From positions 32,001 to 96,000 of IMG/VR virus record IMGVR_UViG_3300008266_000014: a stretch of DNA of 64,000 nucleotides; one strand, 5' to 3'. Source of the stretch: a virus. The number at the start of each line of letters is the position of its first letter. Within the stretch, counting starts at the first letter, position 1. Made by a program: the position numbers and the translations under genes. Below are positions 10,823 to 21,408 of this stretch, in pieces. The notes under the pieces were generated by a model. It made no database searches and had not been told where the DNA came from. It saw only the letters and a list, made by a program, of their open reading frames with translations.

Positions 10823-13681
10823 ATGGCACGTAAATTTGTATCTAACTATTCATTCACTCCTGGTACTAGCACGGTTAAGGTTCAGGGGTTTGTTCCAAAA
10901 AATAAGTTTTTGATGATAACTCACATTCCTTCAGGGGCTGTTATTCATCAGTTTGCATCTCCAGAAAACGGGATTTCATCTCATAGCTTCAATGATTCAT
11001 CTACAGATCTTGACTCGACTTCTGGTGTAACAACAATTGTTCTTGAAAATCCTTGCACTGGTATGAGTAGTAGTGATGAATTACAGATTGTTATTGAAGA
11101 AGATTTTATTAAAACAAGACCTTTTGATTTTGGCACTGATGCAATTGAAAGAGCAAGAGTATCAAATCCTCAGAGCTTGATTGATGCTGACTTTGAGTAT
11201 GGACTACAAGGTACTAAATGGCAAACATACCAGTCGATTAATAATATTCCTGGTATCTACGAGTTTCCAGGACAGGATATTCCAATTTCTAATGTGACAA
11301 CGAATAATACATCGCCATATTCAACAATCACTGTTACATCTACATCTGCCCACGGATTAGCGAATGGAAATGCGATAACCATTGTTGGACTAGAAAATGA
11401 TCCACCTACATCTGCAAGAGCAGAGGGCTCATTCTTAATTACAACATCAAATACAACGGTGTTCACATATCTTGCAAAAGGGTATGTTGGACCTGCAAAC
11501 AACACTTCTTTGTTTACTCAAGCAACTCTTGTGAGAAAAGCAGGCTTTTATACTGGTGCAGGCATTCCTTTTGATGCAATGACTTCCGATGGGGCCAGCC
11601 CTTCAGTTATTACTGCAAACACTGCTACTCCTCATGGACTGGTTCCAGGACATACAATCTCTATTACAACCACAACTACAGGCAATAACCACACTCTTAT
11701 TAGAGGTAACTTTTTTGTAGAGCAGATTCCAACAGCCAACTCAATTAAATTTACTGCTTTGACTGGTGGTATTGTTGGTGCTGGGTTGTCAAACACAAAT
11801 GTAACAATCTACTCGAGAACTGATGCGTTTAACATCCACAGACCATTTGATGGTGGTGTGCTGATTGGTCCAGATAGTTCTGCTCATGGAGCTCAAGTTC
11901 TTAGACAATCTAAAAAATATTTTAGATATCAGTCCGGTAAAGGCTTACTTTGGACATCTGGTACCCTATATCAGCCAAATTATGACGTAGAAGTAGTCAA
12001 TGCATCGAGTACTTCAATTGGTGCATCCATTACAATCAAGACAGAGCAAAACCACGGTCTTCAGTCTGGTGCGACAGTAAAATTAACAGGAACAGAAACC
12101 TCGGGATATGCAAATACCTACACAGTAGGTACTATTGTATCAGACCAAGAATTTACTGTAACAGCTGTTACTGCCTTAGGAGCCACTACCTGTGTTCTGA
12201 GTTCACAGCCAAGAATTGTTGTTACTGGATGGCATGGGTCATCTATTAGAGCTGGTATTTTTGATGATCAAAATGGTTTGTTCTGGGAGAGTGATGGACA
12301 AAAAGTATATGTTGTAAAACGAAGTTCGACATTTCAGCTAGCTGGAACACTAACCATATCAAATAATAGTACATCTATTACTGGATCTTCTACCAGATTT
12401 GCAGAGCAAATTAGAGCTGGAGATAGGATTGTTGTTAGAGGTCAGTCAAGACTAGTAACGCAGGTTTCAAACAATACGCTAATGTATGTTTCTCCTCCTG
12501 TTCGTATATCAGGAGCGACATCTGTTGCTGGTGTCAAAGGAACACTTACTATTGACAATAAAACTCCTCAGGAAGATTTTAATCGCGATAGAATTGATGG
12601 TACCGGTGATTCGGGATACAACTTTAACTTTAATAAAATGCAAATGACTGGTGTTCAGTATTCCTGGTACGGTGCTGGGTTTGCTGATTTTATCATCAGA
12701 GGATTAAATGGTGATTTTGTATATGCTCATAGAATCAAGAACAACAACGTAAATGATGAAGCATATATGCGTTCTGGTAACCTACCAGCAAGATATGAAA
12801 TTATCAACGATGGTGCTAAATCATATCTTACAGAAGCAGCTAATGCAACCCAAACTTTTCTGAAACTTGCCAACACATACGCCTTTCCATCATCTGGAAC
12901 ACTGTATGTTGACAACGAGATGATCTCTTATACAGCAAAGACAACTAATAATACTGGTCAGTTTATTACTAGCTGTACAAGAGCAGCAAACCTTACTCAG
13001 TATGCTGGTGGATCAAGTAGAACATTCTCCGCTGGTGTAGCAGCAACACATGCAAATAATGTAGGGGTTCAGATTTTTAGTGTTACTTGTTCACCAACAC
13101 TTTCTCACTGGGGATCTTCTGTAATTATGGATGGTGGGTTTGATTCTGACAGAGGATATTTCTTTAATTATGCAAGAACTAACTATTCTGTTGGTAGTGG
13201 TGCAACCGGTACAGCATTCATAATCAGACTTGCTCCAACGGTGAGTAATAGCTTGCCAGGTGATATGGGAATTAGAGAATTAATTAACAGATCCCAGATT
13301 GTTTTGGAAAAGATTGAAATTATTTCTACACAGAATGTATTGGTAACTGGTATTCTGAATCCTGCTAATACATCATCTATTACGTGGAGTAACTTAAATA
13401 CGTCTGCTCTTGGTTCACAGCCCTCATTTACTCAATTCTCACAAACATTTACTGGGGTTGCTGCTCCTGGAGAGCAAATTCTTTCCACGATTGTTTCTTC
13501 AGCTGGCGGTTTAACTACGGTTGATCTTACTTCTCTGAAAGAGCTTGGTAATGCTGTAAACGGTGGAAACCAACAATTCCCTGATGGTCCAGACGTACTA
13601 GCTATCAATGTGAGAAACTTGAGCGGTCTTACAGCGGCAAACGTACAGATCAATCTATTCTGGTCGGAGACACAGGCATAA
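10823..13681 (+). CDS. Large virion structural protein
   Basis: 952 aa; RVSNPQSLIDADFEYGLQ, three xxHGL beta repeats, RQSKKYFRYQSGKG, YSWYGAG motifs. Confidence 0.7.
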   Translation: MARKFVSNYSFTPGTSTVKVQGFVPKNKFLMITHIPSGAVIHQFASPENGISSHSFNDSSTDLDSTSGVTTIVLENPCTGMSSSDELQIVIEEDFIKTRPFDFGTDAIERARVSNPQSLIDADFEYGLQGTKWQTYQSINNIPGIYEFPGQDIPISNVTTNNTSPYSTITVTSTSAHGLANGNAITIVGLENDPPTSARAEGSFLITTSNTTVFTYLAKGYVGPANNTSLFTQATLVRKAGFYTGAGIPFDAMTSDGASPSVITANTATPHGLVPGHTISITTTTTGNNHTLIRGNFFVEQIPTANSIKFTALTGGIVGAGLSNTNVTIYSRTDAFNIHRPFDGGVLIGPDSSAHGAQVLRQSKKYFRYQSGKGLLWTSGTLYQPNYDVEVVNASSTSIGASITIKTEQNHGLQSGATVKLTGTETSGYANTYTVGTIVSDQEFTVTAVTALGATTCVLSSQPRIVVTGWHGSSIRAGIFDDQNGLFWESDGQKVYVVKRSSTFQLAGTLTISNNSTSITGSSTRFAEQIRAGDRIVVRGQSRLVTQVSNNTLMYVSPPVRISGATSVAGVKGTLTIDNKTPQEDFNRDRIDGTGDSGYNFNFNKMQMTGVQYSWYGAGFADFIIRGLNGDFVYAHRIKNNNVNDEAYMRSGNLPARYEIINDGAKSYLTEAANATQTFLKLANTYAFPSSGTLYVDNEMISYTAKTTNNTGQFITSCTRAANLTQYAGGSSRTFSAGVAATHANNVGVQIFSVTCSPTLSHWGSSVIMDGGFDSDRGYFFNYARTNYSVGSGATGTAFIIRLAPTVSNSLPGDMGIRELINRSQIVLEKIEIISTQNVLVTGILNPANTSSITWSNLNTSALGSQPSFTQFSQTFTGVAAPGEQILSTIVSSAGGLTTVDLTSLKELGNAVNGGNQQFPDGPDVLAINVRNLSGLTAANVQINLFWSETQA

Positions 13682-16600
13682 TGGCATACATTGGAATAGA
13701 ACCTGGAAGTAGGTCGGTAAGAACAGTAACAAAGCATACTGCTACTGCTAATCAAAGTGTTTTTAATGTTAGTGGTGGATATGTCAAAGGGTTTGTTGAT
13801 GTTTTCAAGCAAGGTTTGAAACTTACAGAAGGCACAGACTATACTGCTAACGACAATCTAACAATCACACTGACAGCCAATGCTTCGTTAAATGACAAGG
13901 TAGATGTGGTTGCTTTCAGTCCATTAGCTATTTACAGCGTTGTATCAAAAGCAGGTGATGCAATGACTGGAAGCCTTACAGTTCCGGATATATCTTCTAC
14001 TGCTAATGTGATAGGGGCCAATGGATATTTTACACATTTGAAGGTAGATAGTAACACCGTTGTTAACAGCTCACTTTTTGTCACCGGCAACACTATTCAG
14101 ACAGGTGATTATAATCTTACCGGTAACATTAATCTTACAGGTAGTTTAACCATCACTGGTGCTGCAACATCTGTATCTACACAATCTTTGAATGTTCAAG
14201 ATTCCATTATTATTATGGCGTCCAACAACAGTGTTGATACCCTTGATATTGGTTTTGCGGGTAGATACAATAACGGTTCTGCGAACGTCTATACCGGTAT
14301 GGTGAGAAATGCTACCGATAAAGAATTCTATGTGTTTGAAGAATACGACACCGTACCAGGTAATGATATTGATATCAATGATGCGTCATTTAAACTTGCT
14401 AATCTTCATGCGAACTTTAACGGTAATCTAATATCAAATAGTGTCACAGTTGTTGCTCTCAATGCTACCAACGGTAACTTCACCTCTTCAATCACACTGA
14501 CTGGTGATGCATCTGGTTACAGACAAGATACAACTACAATATACGGAGGTGATGCGGGAGTTGGGTTTGGAAGACTAGAATATCACAATAACCAGTGGAT
14601 TCTTAACGCCGGATCTGATAGCTCTAATGTAGTGGCTTTCCAGCGAGGAAACCTAATCAAGTCGCACATTGATAACAATGGTGCCTATAATGGTCCTCTT
14701 GTTATTTCTGGTACTGTAACAGCGAACGGAGGAGTGGGTACTTCTGGACAGGTTTTAACTTCAAACAGTACTGGAGTCTACTGGTCCACTGTAACAGCTG
14801 GAGCAACTCCTGGTGGAACAAATACAACTATTCAGTTTAATGATAGTACTAATCTTGGTGGTAGTGTTGGGTTCACATTTGATAAAACAACAAATAATGT
14901 AGTAATTGCTAACACATTAACTGTTGGAACAGCGACAGTAAACTCCACGTTCTTCTCACAAACAGCTAACAATACTAACAATCTTGGCGGGGTAGCTGCT
15001 GCAAATTATGTACAAAATACTGACTCTAGAACTCTTTCTGGCAATCTAGTAATTTCAGGTACTTATTTTAATCCTGATTCTAATACAGTTCTTCTTGGAA
15101 ACAGTACTCAACGTTGGGTATTGTCTGCTAATACGGGATCCTTTTCTGGAGCAGTGTCAGGTATTACCACACTAGCAGCTGGAAACACAACTATTACTGG
15201 TTTTGCGAATGCTTCTGTTAGTGTCAACTCTGCTTTATTAACTGTTGGCACTAGTTTCATTGCTAACACTACAGGTGCTTACCACACTGGTACTATAAAC
15301 GCTGCAAGTTATACAACATCTGGTATTATTGCAAACACATCCGGCGTATATCCAACATCCAACACAGTTGGTACTGCCTTGGGTAGTACAACCAACAGAT
15401 GGAATATTACTGCTAACGCTGGCTTTTTCACCGGCCAAGTTGAAATTGATCATACATGGAATACAGCAACAGGTGCAGGTGCACTGTACCTTGATGCTTT
15501 AACAGGTAATAGAATTGATTGGAATACTACCGGCATTGCAGCTCCTGCAGTAACAACAAGAAGCGTTGGTACAAAACTGGTTCTTTATCCTGGAGTATCG
15601 GCCACATCTGTTGACTATGGTATTGGTGTTGAATCAAATCATTTATGGTTGAGTGCTGCTGATGCAGGTAGTGGTATTAAGCTGTACGCAAACACTACTC
15701 AACTTGCTGTTGCAAATATATCAGGCATAACAGTCAATTCGGGTGGCATCTTTCCAACTTCGAATACATCTGCAACTTCACTAGGATCATCAACTCAAAG
15801 ATGGGTGCTGAATGCTAATACTGGTTCCTTTGCTGGTGCTGTTTCAGGCATTACTACCTTGGCAGCAGGCAACACAACTATTACAGGATTTGTAAATGCC
15901 ACGTCAACAATTCAAGGTGGTTCAAGTTTAACCATTGCTGGTGCTGCATCAGGTATTACCACACTAGCGGCCGGCAACACCACTATTACAGGGTTTGCAA
16001 ATGCTTCTGTGAGTGTTAACTCAGCACTACTAACAGTTGGTACCAATTTTATTGCTAATACCACAGGAGCATATCATACCGGTACAGTAAATGCTGCATC
16101 GCTTACAATTGGTACCACCTTTATTGCTAATACAACCCAGGTTACTTTAACTGGTATTCCACTTTCTGCAAACGGGTCTGTAGGAACAGCGGGACACACT
16201 CTACACTCAAACGGAACCACGGGATCTCCGTACTGGGCAGCAGATGATCAGGGAGTTACATCAGTTGCATCCGGTGATGGTCTTACAGGTGGTCCAATAA
16301 CATCCACTGGTACATTATCTGTTAGTGCTCAGAGTGGTTTACTTGCTAACTCAACTGGTCTTTACGTCAATGCAACGTCAATTGCACTAGGCACTGTTCC
16401 AACAGCAAGACTGGGATCTGGTACTGCAAACTCAACTACATATCTTGCTGGTGACCAGAGCTGGAAAACAATTACTGGAGGATCTGGCACTGTAACATCT
16501 ATTGCAAACGGTGCTGGGTTAACAGGTGGAACAATTACCACTTCTGGTACTTTAGCAGTAAGTACAACCCAAGATCAAAGATTAACTTTTAACGCTGGTC

Positions 16601-17226
16601 AGTCTAGCGGATCACTGCTCAATGCTACCGGTAGCTTGGGTGGTATAGAACTGAACTGTGTCAGTGGTGCAAATGCAGCTTTTCTGGCATTTCATCGTCC
16701 AGGTTTATATGCTGCTTATTTTGGACTAGACACTGACAACCAATTTGCAGTGGGTGGTTGGTCAGCAGGGGCGGCTCTTGCAAACATGAAAGTTGGGTCG
16801 TTTGGTGTCGGCACTACAGCATCTGGTACCGCTGGCGAAATACGAGCAACAAACAATATTACTGCATACTTCTCTGATAAACGACTCAAAAAAGATATAG
16901 AACTGATACCAGACGCCTTGGATAAAATTAAATCCATATCTGGTGTTTATTATAAATCCAATGATGTTGCAAAGAAGTATGGTTATACTGATGAGTCTCA
17001 ACAGGTTGGTGTGTTAGCTCAGGAAATAGAGAAAGTACTTCCACATGCTGTAAAGATGGCTCCTTTTGATAGTAAATATGATTCTGAAGGAAATATGTAT
17101 TCTGAATCTGGAGAGAACTATCTCACTGTTCAATATGAGAAATTAATCCCTGTATTAATTCAGGCAATCAAAGAACAGCAGCAGCTTATAGAGAATTTGG
17201 AAGAAAAAGTCAGGAATTTGAGTTAG
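13681..17226 (+). CDS. Long tail fibre with C-terminal peptidase S74 chaperone
   Basis: 1181 aa; internal duplications; FSDKRLK...GVLAQEI...YEKLIPVLIQAIKE signature. Confidence 0.85.
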   Translation: MAYIGIEPGSRSVRTVTKHTATANQSVFNVSGGYVKGFVDVFKQGLKLTEGTDYTANDNLTITLTANASLNDKVDVVAFSPLAIYSVVSKAGDAMTGSLTVPDISSTANVIGANGYFTHLKVDSNTVVNSSLFVTGNTIQTGDYNLTGNINLTGSLTITGAATSVSTQSLNVQDSIIIMASNNSVDTLDIGFAGRYNNGSANVYTGMVRNATDKEFYVFEEYDTVPGNDIDINDASFKLANLHANFNGNLISNSVTVVALNATNGNFTSSITLTGDASGYRQDTTTIYGGDAGVGFGRLEYHNNQWILNAGSDSSNVVAFQRGNLIKSHIDNNGAYNGPLVISGTVTANGGVGTSGQVLTSNSTGVYWSTVTAGATPGGTNTTIQFNDSTNLGGSVGFTFDKTTNNVVIANTLTVGTATVNSTFFSQTANNTNNLGGVAAANYVQNTDSRTLSGNLVISGTYFNPDSNTVLLGNSTQRWVLSANTGSFSGAVSGITTLAAGNTTITGFANASVSVNSALLTVGTSFIANTTGAYHTGTINAASYTTSGIIANTSGVYPTSNTVGTALGSTTNRWNITANAGFFTGQVEIDHTWNTATGAGALYLDALTGNRIDWNTTGIAAPAVTTRSVGTKLVLYPGVSATSVDYGIGVESNHLWLSAADAGSGIKLYANTTQLAVANISGITVNSGGIFPTSNTSATSLGSSTQRWVLNANTGSFAGAVSGITTLAAGNTTITGFVNATSTIQGGSSLTIAGAASGITTLAAGNTTITGFANASVSVNSALLTVGTNFIANTTGAYHTGTVNAASLTIGTTFIANTTQVTLTGIPLSANGSVGTAGHTLHSNGTTGSPYWAADDQGVTSVASGDGLTGGPITSTGTLSVSAQSGLLANSTGLYVNATSIALGTVPTARLGSGTANSTTYLAGDQSWKTITGGSGTVTSIANGAGLTGGTITTSGTLAVSTTQDQRLTFNAGQSSGSLLNATGSLGGIELNCVSGANAAFLAFHRPGLYAAYFGLDTDNQFAVGGWSAGAALANMKVGSFGVGTTASGTAGEIRATNNITAYFSDKRLKKDIELIPDALDKIKSISGVYYKSNDVAKKYGYTDESQQVGVLAQEIEKVLPHAVKMAPFDSKYDSEGNMYSESGENYLTVQYEKLIPVLIQAIKEQQQLIENLEEKVRNLS

Positions 17227-17236
17227 TATTTTTATT

Positions 17237-17265
17237 CATAAATACCATAAACCGTAGAATAAATA
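17237..17265 (+). promoter_or_regulatory. Tandem late-promoter-like boxes (CATAAATA, AATAAATA)
   Basis: Near-matches to the T4 gp55 TATAAATA box in the intergenic gap before 17324. Confidence 0.5.
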
Positions 17266-17323
17266 AAAGATGTACAACACGCAAATTTTTTTAATTACTT
17301 TAAAGATTTAATGGAGTAGGAAG

Positions 17324-18226
17324 ATGCCTTTAAATCCCAGTGGTCAGATAAGCATTGGTGGGTCTACAGTCGGACAATCTATTAACTTGGAATTAGGTAG
17401 AGCCGCAACTGCAACATCAAGTTTAAATGAATCAGCATTACGCACGCTAGCAGGTGTACCTAGTGGTGCAATATCTTTGTCTAATTTTTATGGTAAATCT
17501 AACCAGTTTTCTTTCAGTATTGCTGCAAGCACGAATAATCTTGATCTAAGAACTGCTGCAGTTAATGCAGGTTGGAATCAGTCGACTAAAGTTGTTGCCA
17601 CAATTAATGGCGGGGTAACTATTAGTTCTACCTCTACTGGATCTGCTGCAATGACTATTTCTGGATCTTTCCCAGGTGGTGTTGAGCTAATAAACAACGG
17701 TACAATTATTGGTCGCGGCGGTAATGGTGGAAGAGGTGGTGGATTTGCTCCAAGTCCGCCTACAGGTGGTACTGCCGCGGGTACAGGTCTTTCTGTTTCG
17801 ACTGCTGTATCAATAACTAATAATGGAACTGTTGCTGGCGGTGGCGGTGGCGGCGGTGGTGGTGGTAATAGAGTTGGACCACGTGGTATAGCGTTTGGTG
17901 GCGGTGGTGGCGGTGGTGGTAGAGGAGGTTCGACAGGCGGTCCAGCAGCTATACAATCATCTTACTACGGACAAGCTGGTCAGCCAGGAACTACTGCTGC
18001 AGCGGGAAATGGTGGAGCGGGTGCGGGTCCTAACCCGGCAAGCTTACCTGGAGTTGCTGGGGGTCCAGGTGGCGCTGGTGGATCTGCAGGAACCAAGGGA
18101 ACCAATGGAAACACAGCTACCCCACTTGGATTTGGTGGTGCAGGTGGTGCCGCGGGCTCAGCAACGTCAGGCGGGGGTAACATCACATGGTTAGTAAATG
18201 GAACAAGACTTGGTCCATTGAATTAA
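17324..18226 (+). CDS. Glycine-rich fibre-tip/adhesin-like protein (gp38-like)
   Basis: 300 aa with poly-Gly loops (GGGGGGGG) and ELINNGTIIGRGGNGG, located after a long fibre. Confidence 0.65.
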   Translation: MPLNPSGQISIGGSTVGQSINLELGRAATATSSLNESALRTLAGVPSGAISLSNFYGKSNQFSFSIAASTNNLDLRTAAVNAGWNQSTKVVATINGGVTISSTSTGSAAMTISGSFPGGVELINNGTIIGRGGNGGRGGGFAPSPPTGGTAAGTGLSVSTAVSITNNGTVAGGGGGGGGGGNRVGPRGIAFGGGGGGGGRGGSTGGPAAIQSSYYGQAGQPGTTAAAGNGGAGAGPNPASLPGVAGGPGGAGGSAGTKGTNGNTATPLGFGGAGGAAGSATSGGGNITWLVNGTRLGPLN

Positions 18227-18236
18227 GGAAACATAA

Positions 18237-18704
18237 ATGGATATTAAACACGAAATATTAGATTTTGAACCTTCTATTGGTGGAATATTGGTCAGGTATT
18301 ATACTGACAATTTCCCTTCTGGGTTTACATACAATATAGACCTTCCAGTTGTTGATGGGAAGTACCCAACCGAAGAAGAAATCCAAGAAATAATTAAGCA
18401 TTATGAGCCTAGAGGGCAGATAGAAAGAGCTCTTGCAATAGAGTCTACTTCTGTCCCAGCAAGCCTATTAAACCTAGTCAAACACACTGGACAAAATCCA
18501 GAAACAAAAGCTGTGAATGTAAGATTAGAAAGAGACGAGTTACTTAAGGATTCAGATTTCTCTCAGCTGCCTGATGTTCCATTTTCAGAAATTGAAAAAC
18601 AAGCATGGGCTTCATATCGCCAGCAATTGAGAGATATAACAGAGCAGGAAGGATTTCCAGAAAACGTAATATTTCCTAAGCGGCCTGATGAAGAACCAAG
18701 ATAA
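18237..18704 (+). CDS. Tail fibre assembly chaperone-like protein
   Basis: C-terminal RLERDELLKDSDFSQLPD...WASYRQQLRDITEQEGFP..V.FP motif. Confidence 0.75.
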   Translation: MDIKHEILDFEPSIGGILVRYYTDNFPSGFTYNIDLPVVDGKYPTEEEIQEIIKHYEPRGQIERALAIESTSVPASLLNLVKHTGQNPETKAVNVRLERDELLKDSDFSQLPDVPFSEIEKQAWASYRQQLRDITEQEGFPENVIFPKRPDEEPR

Positions 18705-18715
18705 TTTAATATATT

Positions 18716-19255
18716 ATGGCGGCGGAGATCTGTTTACAGCAAATAATTCCTAAAGATCAACACTTAACTTTTTTAGAAGTGGGTGTACTAAGAGCAACAA
18801 ATCTTGTTGCTCTTGCAGAAGTTTACCCACATATCATCTTCACCGGTGTTGATTCATATGATGTATACTATGATTATTTACATGGGTATTATGTAACAAA
18901 AGAAACTAGTACCCTCAATAAATATCTCGCAGAACAGAATATATCAAAATCACGCCACAGAGATAGAATTAATCTTATTATCAAAGATTCATCAGACTAT
19001 AATAAAAGTGTTGATGATACTTCGTTAGATATTGTTTTTTTGGACAAAAGTTTAACTGAAAAAGAGATGATTCAAGATGTATTGGATTGGTTTCCCAAGG
19101 TAAAGTATGGTGGAATTCTTTGCGGACATGACGCATACACAAGAGGAGTAATGGAGGGAGCTTTCAAGGGTCTGAGGTATTTTCTAAGAGACGACCAACT
19201 TAATGATGTAAAAATTATTGATGAGGAAGTGTGGTATGTTGTCAAGACTGAGTAG
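18716..19255 (+). CDS. Class I SAM-dependent methyltransferase (Methyltransf_24-like)
   Basis: FLEVGV, GVDSY, LDIVFLD, WFPKVKYGGILCGHD motifs. Confidence 0.8.
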   Translation: MAAEICLQQIIPKDQHLTFLEVGVLRATNLVALAEVYPHIIFTGVDSYDVYYDYLHGYYVTKETSTLNKYLAEQNISKSRHRDRINLIIKDSSDYNKSVDDTSLDIVFLDKSLTEKEMIQDVLDWFPKVKYGGILCGHDAYTRGVMEGAFKGLRYFLRDDQLNDVKIIDEEVWYVVKTE

Positions 19256-19283
19256 ATTGATTTGAATTTTTTAAGGATTGATT

Positions 19284-19886
19284 ATGTTATATGAAGTTCC
19301 ACCAAGATACAATCATGAACAAAATTATGGTGCTTACTGGGAAGGATTTCTTACAGAAGAAGACATTAATCTTATTCTTGCCCAACCAGAATGGCTTGAT
19401 CTGAGTCTAGGGGAAGTAGCTGATGAGAAATTGAACTCTGAGTTGCAGGTTCGCCGGTCAAAAATTAACTGGCTGAATAAAAAACCCGAACTAGATGACG
19501 TGTGGGAAAAGATTGTTGGTGCTGTTGCTGATGTTAACAGTAGATTTTTTCATTTTGATTTGAGAGGTCTTTATGAGCCAGCTCAGCTCACTGTATATTC
19601 CGGTCAAACCCAGGATACATATGAGTGGCACGTAGATTGCGTTCCTAACACGTCCATAAAAAGACCTCCTCGAAAGCTATCATTATCGTTACTGCTTTCC
19701 GATCCGGCTGATTATGAAGGTGGCGACTTGATGATTAAATCTATTTCTGATGAACCCATGGTATTAGAACAAAGAAGAGGCAGAGCTTGGTTTTTTCCTT
19801 CTTTTACCCTCCACAGAGTTAGTCCAGTAACTAAAGGTATTAGAAGATCTTTGGTTTTGTGGATTGGTGGGCCTCCTTTCAAATAA
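19284..19886 (+). CDS. 2OG-Fe(II) oxygenase (prolyl-hydroxylase-like)
   Basis: WHVD...RKLS...YEGGDL...FPSFTLHRVSPVTKGIRRSLVLW; ATG at 19284 follows AAGGA. Confidence 0.85.
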   Translation: MLYEVPPRYNHEQNYGAYWEGFLTEEDINLILAQPEWLDLSLGEVADEKLNSELQVRRSKINWLNKKPELDDVWEKIVGAVADVNSRFFHFDLRGLYEPAQLTVYSGQTQDTYEWHVDCVPNTSIKRPPRKLSLSLLLSDPADYEGGDLMIKSISDEPMVLEQRRGRAWFFPSFTLHRVSPVTKGIRRSLVLWIGGPPFK

Positions 19887-19902
19887 CCGATTATTCTGTA
19901 AT

Positions 19903-19910
19903 AATAAATA
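19903..19910 (+). promoter_or_regulatory. Late promoter-like AATAAATA before gp13
   Basis: Box about 20 nt upstream of AAGGAG SD and ATG. Confidence 0.55.
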
Positions 19911-19931
19911 CTCCAAAAATAAGGAGTTATA

Positions 19932-20672
19932 ATGGCCGTCCCAACAACAAGATCTGAATTCAAAGAGTTTTGCCTAAGAAAACTAGGTAAACCTGTCATT
20001 GAAATTAATGTTGATGATGATCAAGTGGAGGATAGAATTGACGAGTCGTTAAAGTATTATTATGACTATCATTTTGATGGCACGGAAAAATTATATTATA
20101 AACACCAAGTAACAGCAAACACAGTTTCTGACAAGTATATTACCATGCCAGAAAATATTATTGGTGCTGTGAAAGTGTTTCCTATCAGCAATTCTCTCAT
20201 ATCCACAAACATATTTGATATCAGATATCAGATTGCGTTAAATGATCTTTACACTCTGACGTCGGTTTCTATGGTGCCATATTACATGGCATTCCAGCAC
20301 ATTCAGTTGATTGAGCAGCTGTTAGTTGGACAGCAGCCAATAAGATATAACAGACACACAAATAAACTCTTCATTGATATGAATTGGGACAAGGTAAAGG
20401 TTGGTGACTTTTTGTTAGTAGAAGCTTATGAGGTTATTGATCCTGCGACATACTCAGATGCATGGGGTGATAGATGGCTCCAGGAATACTGTACAGAAAA
20501 AATCAAGTATCAGTGGGGAACAAATCTCAGTAAGTTTAATGGGATGCAGTTACCAGGTGGTGTAACTTTCAACGGACAGGCTATTAAAGAAGAAGCAAAG
20601 GAAGCTATTGAAGCTCTTGAAAAAGAGATGATTTCTAGCTATTCGCTACCGGTCATAGACATGATTGGCTAG
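19932..20672 (+). CDS. gp13: Neck protein gp13
   Basis: CLRKLGKPVIEINVDDDQVEDRIDE...QWGTNLSKF.GMQLPGGVTFNG. Confidence 0.93.
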   Translation: MAVPTTRSEFKEFCLRKLGKPVIEINVDDDQVEDRIDESLKYYYDYHFDGTEKLYYKHQVTANTVSDKYITMPENIIGAVKVFPISNSLISTNIFDIRYQIALNDLYTLTSVSMVPYYMAFQHIQLIEQLLVGQQPIRYNRHTNKLFIDMNWDKVKVGDFLLVEAYEVIDPATYSDAWGDRWLQEYCTEKIKYQWGTNLSKFNGMQLPGGVTFNGQAIKEEAKEAIEALEKEMISSYSLPVIDMIG

Positions 20673-20682
20673 GAGATAAAAA

Positions 20683-21408
20683 ATAGCTACCTCGTTCTAT
20701 TTCAATAATTTTGGAGCAAGTCAAGAACAGCTCCTCATAGAAAATCTTGTTGTTGAATCCATTAAAATTTATGGACACGATGCCTATTATCTGCCAAGAA
20801 CAAGAGTCAATGATGATTTGATATACGGTGAAGAATCGTACTCCAAATTTGATTCTCAATACTTTGTTGAAATGTATATCAAGAATGTTGAGGGGTTTGG
20901 AGGGCAGGGTGACTTTCTTTCCAAGTTTAACCTCGAGATTCGTGATCAGGTAACTCTAACAATTGCAAGAAGAACATTCTTTGATGAGGTAGGCACATAT
21001 ACTTCATTCTCTCGCCCAAGAGAGGGTGATCTCGTGTATTTCCCACTGAACAAAAAACTCTTCGAGATCAAGTTTGTAGAACATGAAGCTATTTTTTATC
21101 AACTAGGATCTTTACAGACATTTGATCTTACCTGTGAGTTGTTTGAATACAGTAATGAAATATTGAATACTGGTATTCAGGAGATTGATGAAAAGCAAAA
21201 AGATATCACCTTCAATATGTCTGATTTTGCTATCAAACTGGAATCCGGACTTGCTCTTGCAGATGAAGAAGGATACGATTTGATTCTTGAGGCATACAGT
21301 TTAGATACGCAGGATCCAATATCCGATAACACAGATATTCAGACAGAGTCTGATGGAATTTTGGACTTCACAGAAATAGATCCATTCAGTGAAGGAGAAA
21401 ATTACTAA
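20683..21408 (+). CDS. gp14: Neck protein gp14 (apparent ATA start; ORF track truncates it to 20818)
   Basis: In-frame extension (I/M)ATSFYFNNFGASQEQLLIENLVVESIKIYGHDAYYLPR after AGGAG SD; RPREGDLVYFP, FYQLG motifs. Confidence 0.9.
   Translation: MATSFYFNNFGASQEQLLIENLVVESIKIYGHDAYYLPRTRVNDDLIYGEESYSKFDSQYFVEMYIKNVEGFGGQGDFLSKFNLEIRDQVTLTIARRTFFDEVGTYTSFSRPREGDLVYFPLNKKLFEIKFVEHEAIFYQLGSLQTFDLTCELFEYSNEILNTGIQEIDEKQKDITFNMSDFAIKLESGLALADEEGYDLILEAYSLDTQDPISDNTDIQTESDGILDFTEIDPFSEGENY

Noticed and set aside
3848-17226. Diversity-generating retroelement TR/VR pair among fibre repeats
   Set aside because: Repeat differences are mostly synonymous and not adenine-specific, and no RT gene is present in the window.
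17830-17925. GGT/GGC repeats as a microsatellite or CRISPR-like array
   Set aside because: They encode poly-glycine in the fibre-tip protein; no repeat-spacer periodicity was found anywhere in the window.
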